From Gemmatimonadales bacterium (GTDB lineage Bacteria; Gemmatimonadota; Gemmatimonadetes; Gemmatimonadales; GWC2-71-9): DNA of 64,000 nt. How positions within the stretch are numbered: position 1 is the first letter of the stretch; every line of letters begins with the position of its first letter. Positions 62,247 through 64,000 of this stretch are shown here, in pieces. The notes below the pieces were generated by a model. It ran no database searches and was not told where the DNA came from. It was given only the letters and a program-made list of their open reading frames with translations. The stretch lies in NCBI GenBank assembly GCA_041577295.1, contig JBFGJG010000001.1, positions 96,001-160,000 of the forward strand, written 5' to 3'. A program made the position numbers and the translations under genes.

Positions 62247-63004
62247 TTCTCGAAGAATTGCTTGACCGCGCGCTCGAAGTCCGGCGTCGCGCGTGCGAGC
62301 GCGTTCACCTCCGCTCCAAGCGCAATGGCATCCGTGAAGCTCCGTCCATCGATCTCGTAGAGCTGGCGCTTGATAAACGCGAGTGCCGACGGGCTCGAGT
62401 CGGCGAGTTGTTGAATGAGACTCGCCACGTCCTGTTCGAACCGCTCCGCGGTCGACATCCGCGACACCAGGCCGATGGCCAGCGCCTCGGCGGCCTGCAA
62501 TAGCCGTCCCGTGGCCACCAGATCGAACGCTACCCGTTCTCCAACAGCCCGACGCAGCATGGCCATCACCATTGCAGGCACAAAGCCCCGCGACACCTCT
62601 GGATAGCCGAAAACGCTATCTGCGTGCGCGTGGATCAGGTCGCATGCGGACGCCAAACCGCAGCCTCCGGCGAGCGCACGGCCGTGCACCGCTGCCACAA
62701 CCGGCTTGGGCAGTTGCCGCATTCGTACGAACACCTCTCCGAGGTGCGCGGCGTGCGCAGCATTTTCCTGAGGCGTGTTCCCCACGGAATCGAGCAACTC
62801 CTGGAGATCGGCTCCTGCGCAAAAGTCTTTGCCAGCGCCGCGGATGACGACGACGCGCACGTCCGCATCGACGTCGGCTGTTTCCAATCCAGTAATGAGC
62901 CCGTCGACCATCGGGCGGTCCATCGCATTGCGCTTTTCCGGCCGGTTGAGTGTTAGCGTGAGCACCCCGTTCGCGATAGCGGTCACGACCCGCTCAGCGG
63001 ACAC
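62243..63004 (-). CDS. Enoyl-CoA hydratase (methylglutaconyl-CoA hydratase/AtuE-like)
   Basis: LNRPEKRNA, FCAGADL, AGGCGLA, YPEV; GTG start with GGAGG RBS. Confidence 0.88.
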   Translation of the reverse strand: MSAERVVTAIANGVLTLTLNRPEKRNAMDRPMVDGLITGLETADVDADVRVVVIRGAGKDFCAGADLQELLDSVGNTPQENAAHAAHLGEVFVRMRQLPKPVVAAVHGRALAGGCGLASACDLIHAHADSVFGYPEVSRGFVPAMVMAMLRRAVGERVAFDLVATGRLLQAAEALAIGLVSRMSTAERFEQDVASLIQQLADSSPSALAFIKRQLYEIDGRSFTDAIALGAEVNALARATPDFERAVKQFFEK

Positions 63005-63359
63005 GGAGACCTCCGGGAACCCTGATTTCCATGCGAAGGAGTGCGGTTGAAAGGACCTTTCCTTGCGCATCGGTCTTGAGGGAGATCGTTCCCCCCCCAC
63101 CGAGCGCGCCGTGTAACAGGAAGTTCAGGGCGTGCAGGTTTGGAAGCTCGAAACGCTCCACTGGTCCTTTGATCACGCCACGGAAGTGCCGGGCAACGCG
63201 GGCCGCCGTGACCTCCTTGGCGAGCACGGGATAGTACTCTGGTCGCAAGGCAATCAACCCAACGTTGGCCGCGTCACCTTTGTCTCCACTGCGGGCATGC
63301 GCGAGATCCAGCAGCCGCACCAGGCGCGTGGCGACGCGTTTTGCTCCCTTCTTACCCAT
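62994..63359 (-). CDS. AtuA-related small protein
   Basis: AHARSGDKGD, VERFELPNL.ALNF, LGGGG..SL..D.QGK. Confidence 0.88.
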   Translation of the reverse strand: MGKKGAKRVATRLVRLLDLAHARSGDKGDAANVGLIALRPEYYPVLAKEVTAARVARHFRGVIKGPVERFELPNLHALNFLLHGALGGGGTISLKTDAQGKVLSTALLRMEIRVPGGLRVR

Positions 63360-63364
63360 GTGGC

Positions 63365-64000
63365 TCAGGCCTCCAGGATCGACACCCGTGGGTGGATCTC
63401 CGTCTTCGGAATGAGCGCCGGCCAGTAGGCTACAATCTCTTCCACCTTTGGCCGCCCGCTGGCGAATCCGGTGACGCTCGGCGGACCGTTGAGGATCAGC
63501 GGGGCGATCTCCCGGGTGAAACGCTCAACCGGTGTCCGGTCCCTCGCCCGAACCCCGATCCGCAGCTGGACCTCCGCCAGTTCCGGTGTCGGCTCTGGCG
63601 CGAGTCGGCCGTGCGTTGCGTTTGCACCAACGAACTCCGTCAGCGTCTCCTCGAATTCGAGGCCCAGCCGTCTCAAACGCTCCCGGAGAATTCTGTCGGC
63701 TTTCTTGGCCTTCTTCAGCGCGTCCGGCCACGCGTAGACGAGCGTGCCCACCGCCTTGTAGCCATAGTGGTAAGACAGAGAAACCTTGAGCGAGTCGGTG
63801 GCTTCCCGACCCTTCACCCCGGAGACGCCGACACGGTCTCTCCCGACCTGCGCAAGCTGAATGGTCGTGAAGTCCGCCACACAGTCCGGTGTGATGTAAT
63901 TACGAGGATCGCCCATCTCATAGACGAGTTGTTCGGTGACGCTCGCCACTGTGACGCGCCCACCGGTCTTTGCGTGCTTCGTGACCACGAAGGTGCCATC
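63365..64000 (-). CDS. Acyclic terpene utilization AtuA family protein (C-terminal part; starts beyond the window)
   Basis: [31 protein letters not shown]. Confidence 0.88.
   Translation of the reverse strand, partial: DGTFVVTKHAKTGGRVTVASVTEQLVYEMGDPRNYITPDCVADFTTIQLAQVGRDRVGVSGVKGREATDSLKVSLSYHYGYKAVGTLVYAWPDALKKAKKADRILRERLRRLGLEFEETLTEFVGANATHGRLAPEPTPELAEVQLRIGVRARDRTPVERFTREIAPLILNGPPSVTGFASGRPKVEEIVAYWPALIPKTEIHPRVSILEA

Overview
GC-rich bacterial chromosomal window. Protein content and gene order suggest Gemmatimonadota (inference, not tested). Layout: (1) 1-21 kb, a long minus-strand housekeeping run (mdh, trmL, moaE/D, HU, carA, secG, tpiA-pgk-gap, aroE, tsaC, ispD, dnaB, udg, coaBC, rpoZ, gmk, yicC, pepA, icd). 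(2) 21-27.5 kb, accessory/hypothetical genes downstream of tRNA-Leu(CAA), including a HARE-HTH/RHH-like regulator preceded by 10-bp-phased repeats. (3) An ECF sigma/anti-sigma/Spy-like triad. (4) 29.4-42.4 kb, a TetR-controlled aromatic-CoA catabolic operon that couples a single BoxB-like di-iron epoxidase to PaaG/F/H/J-like enzymes, with no reductase or CoA ligase in the window. (5) rpmA-rplU-rne, an acyl-CoA dehydrogenase, nfeD-floA and a candidate sigma54-type sRNA. (6) 50.5-58.5 kb, the most striking locus: a tetraether-lipid-synthase (Tes/MJ0619)-family radical SAM enzyme clustered with two B12-binding radical SAM enzymes, a degenerate acyl-CoA-ligase domain and a tafazzin-like acyltransferase, a candidate bacterial membrane-spanning/branched-GDGT lipid biosynthesis cluster. 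(7) NCS2 permease, short RecQ, MBL hydrolase and atuA-like genes. No CRISPR, rRNA, integrase or transposase was seen. All family assignments are by-eye motif recognition, not database searches.
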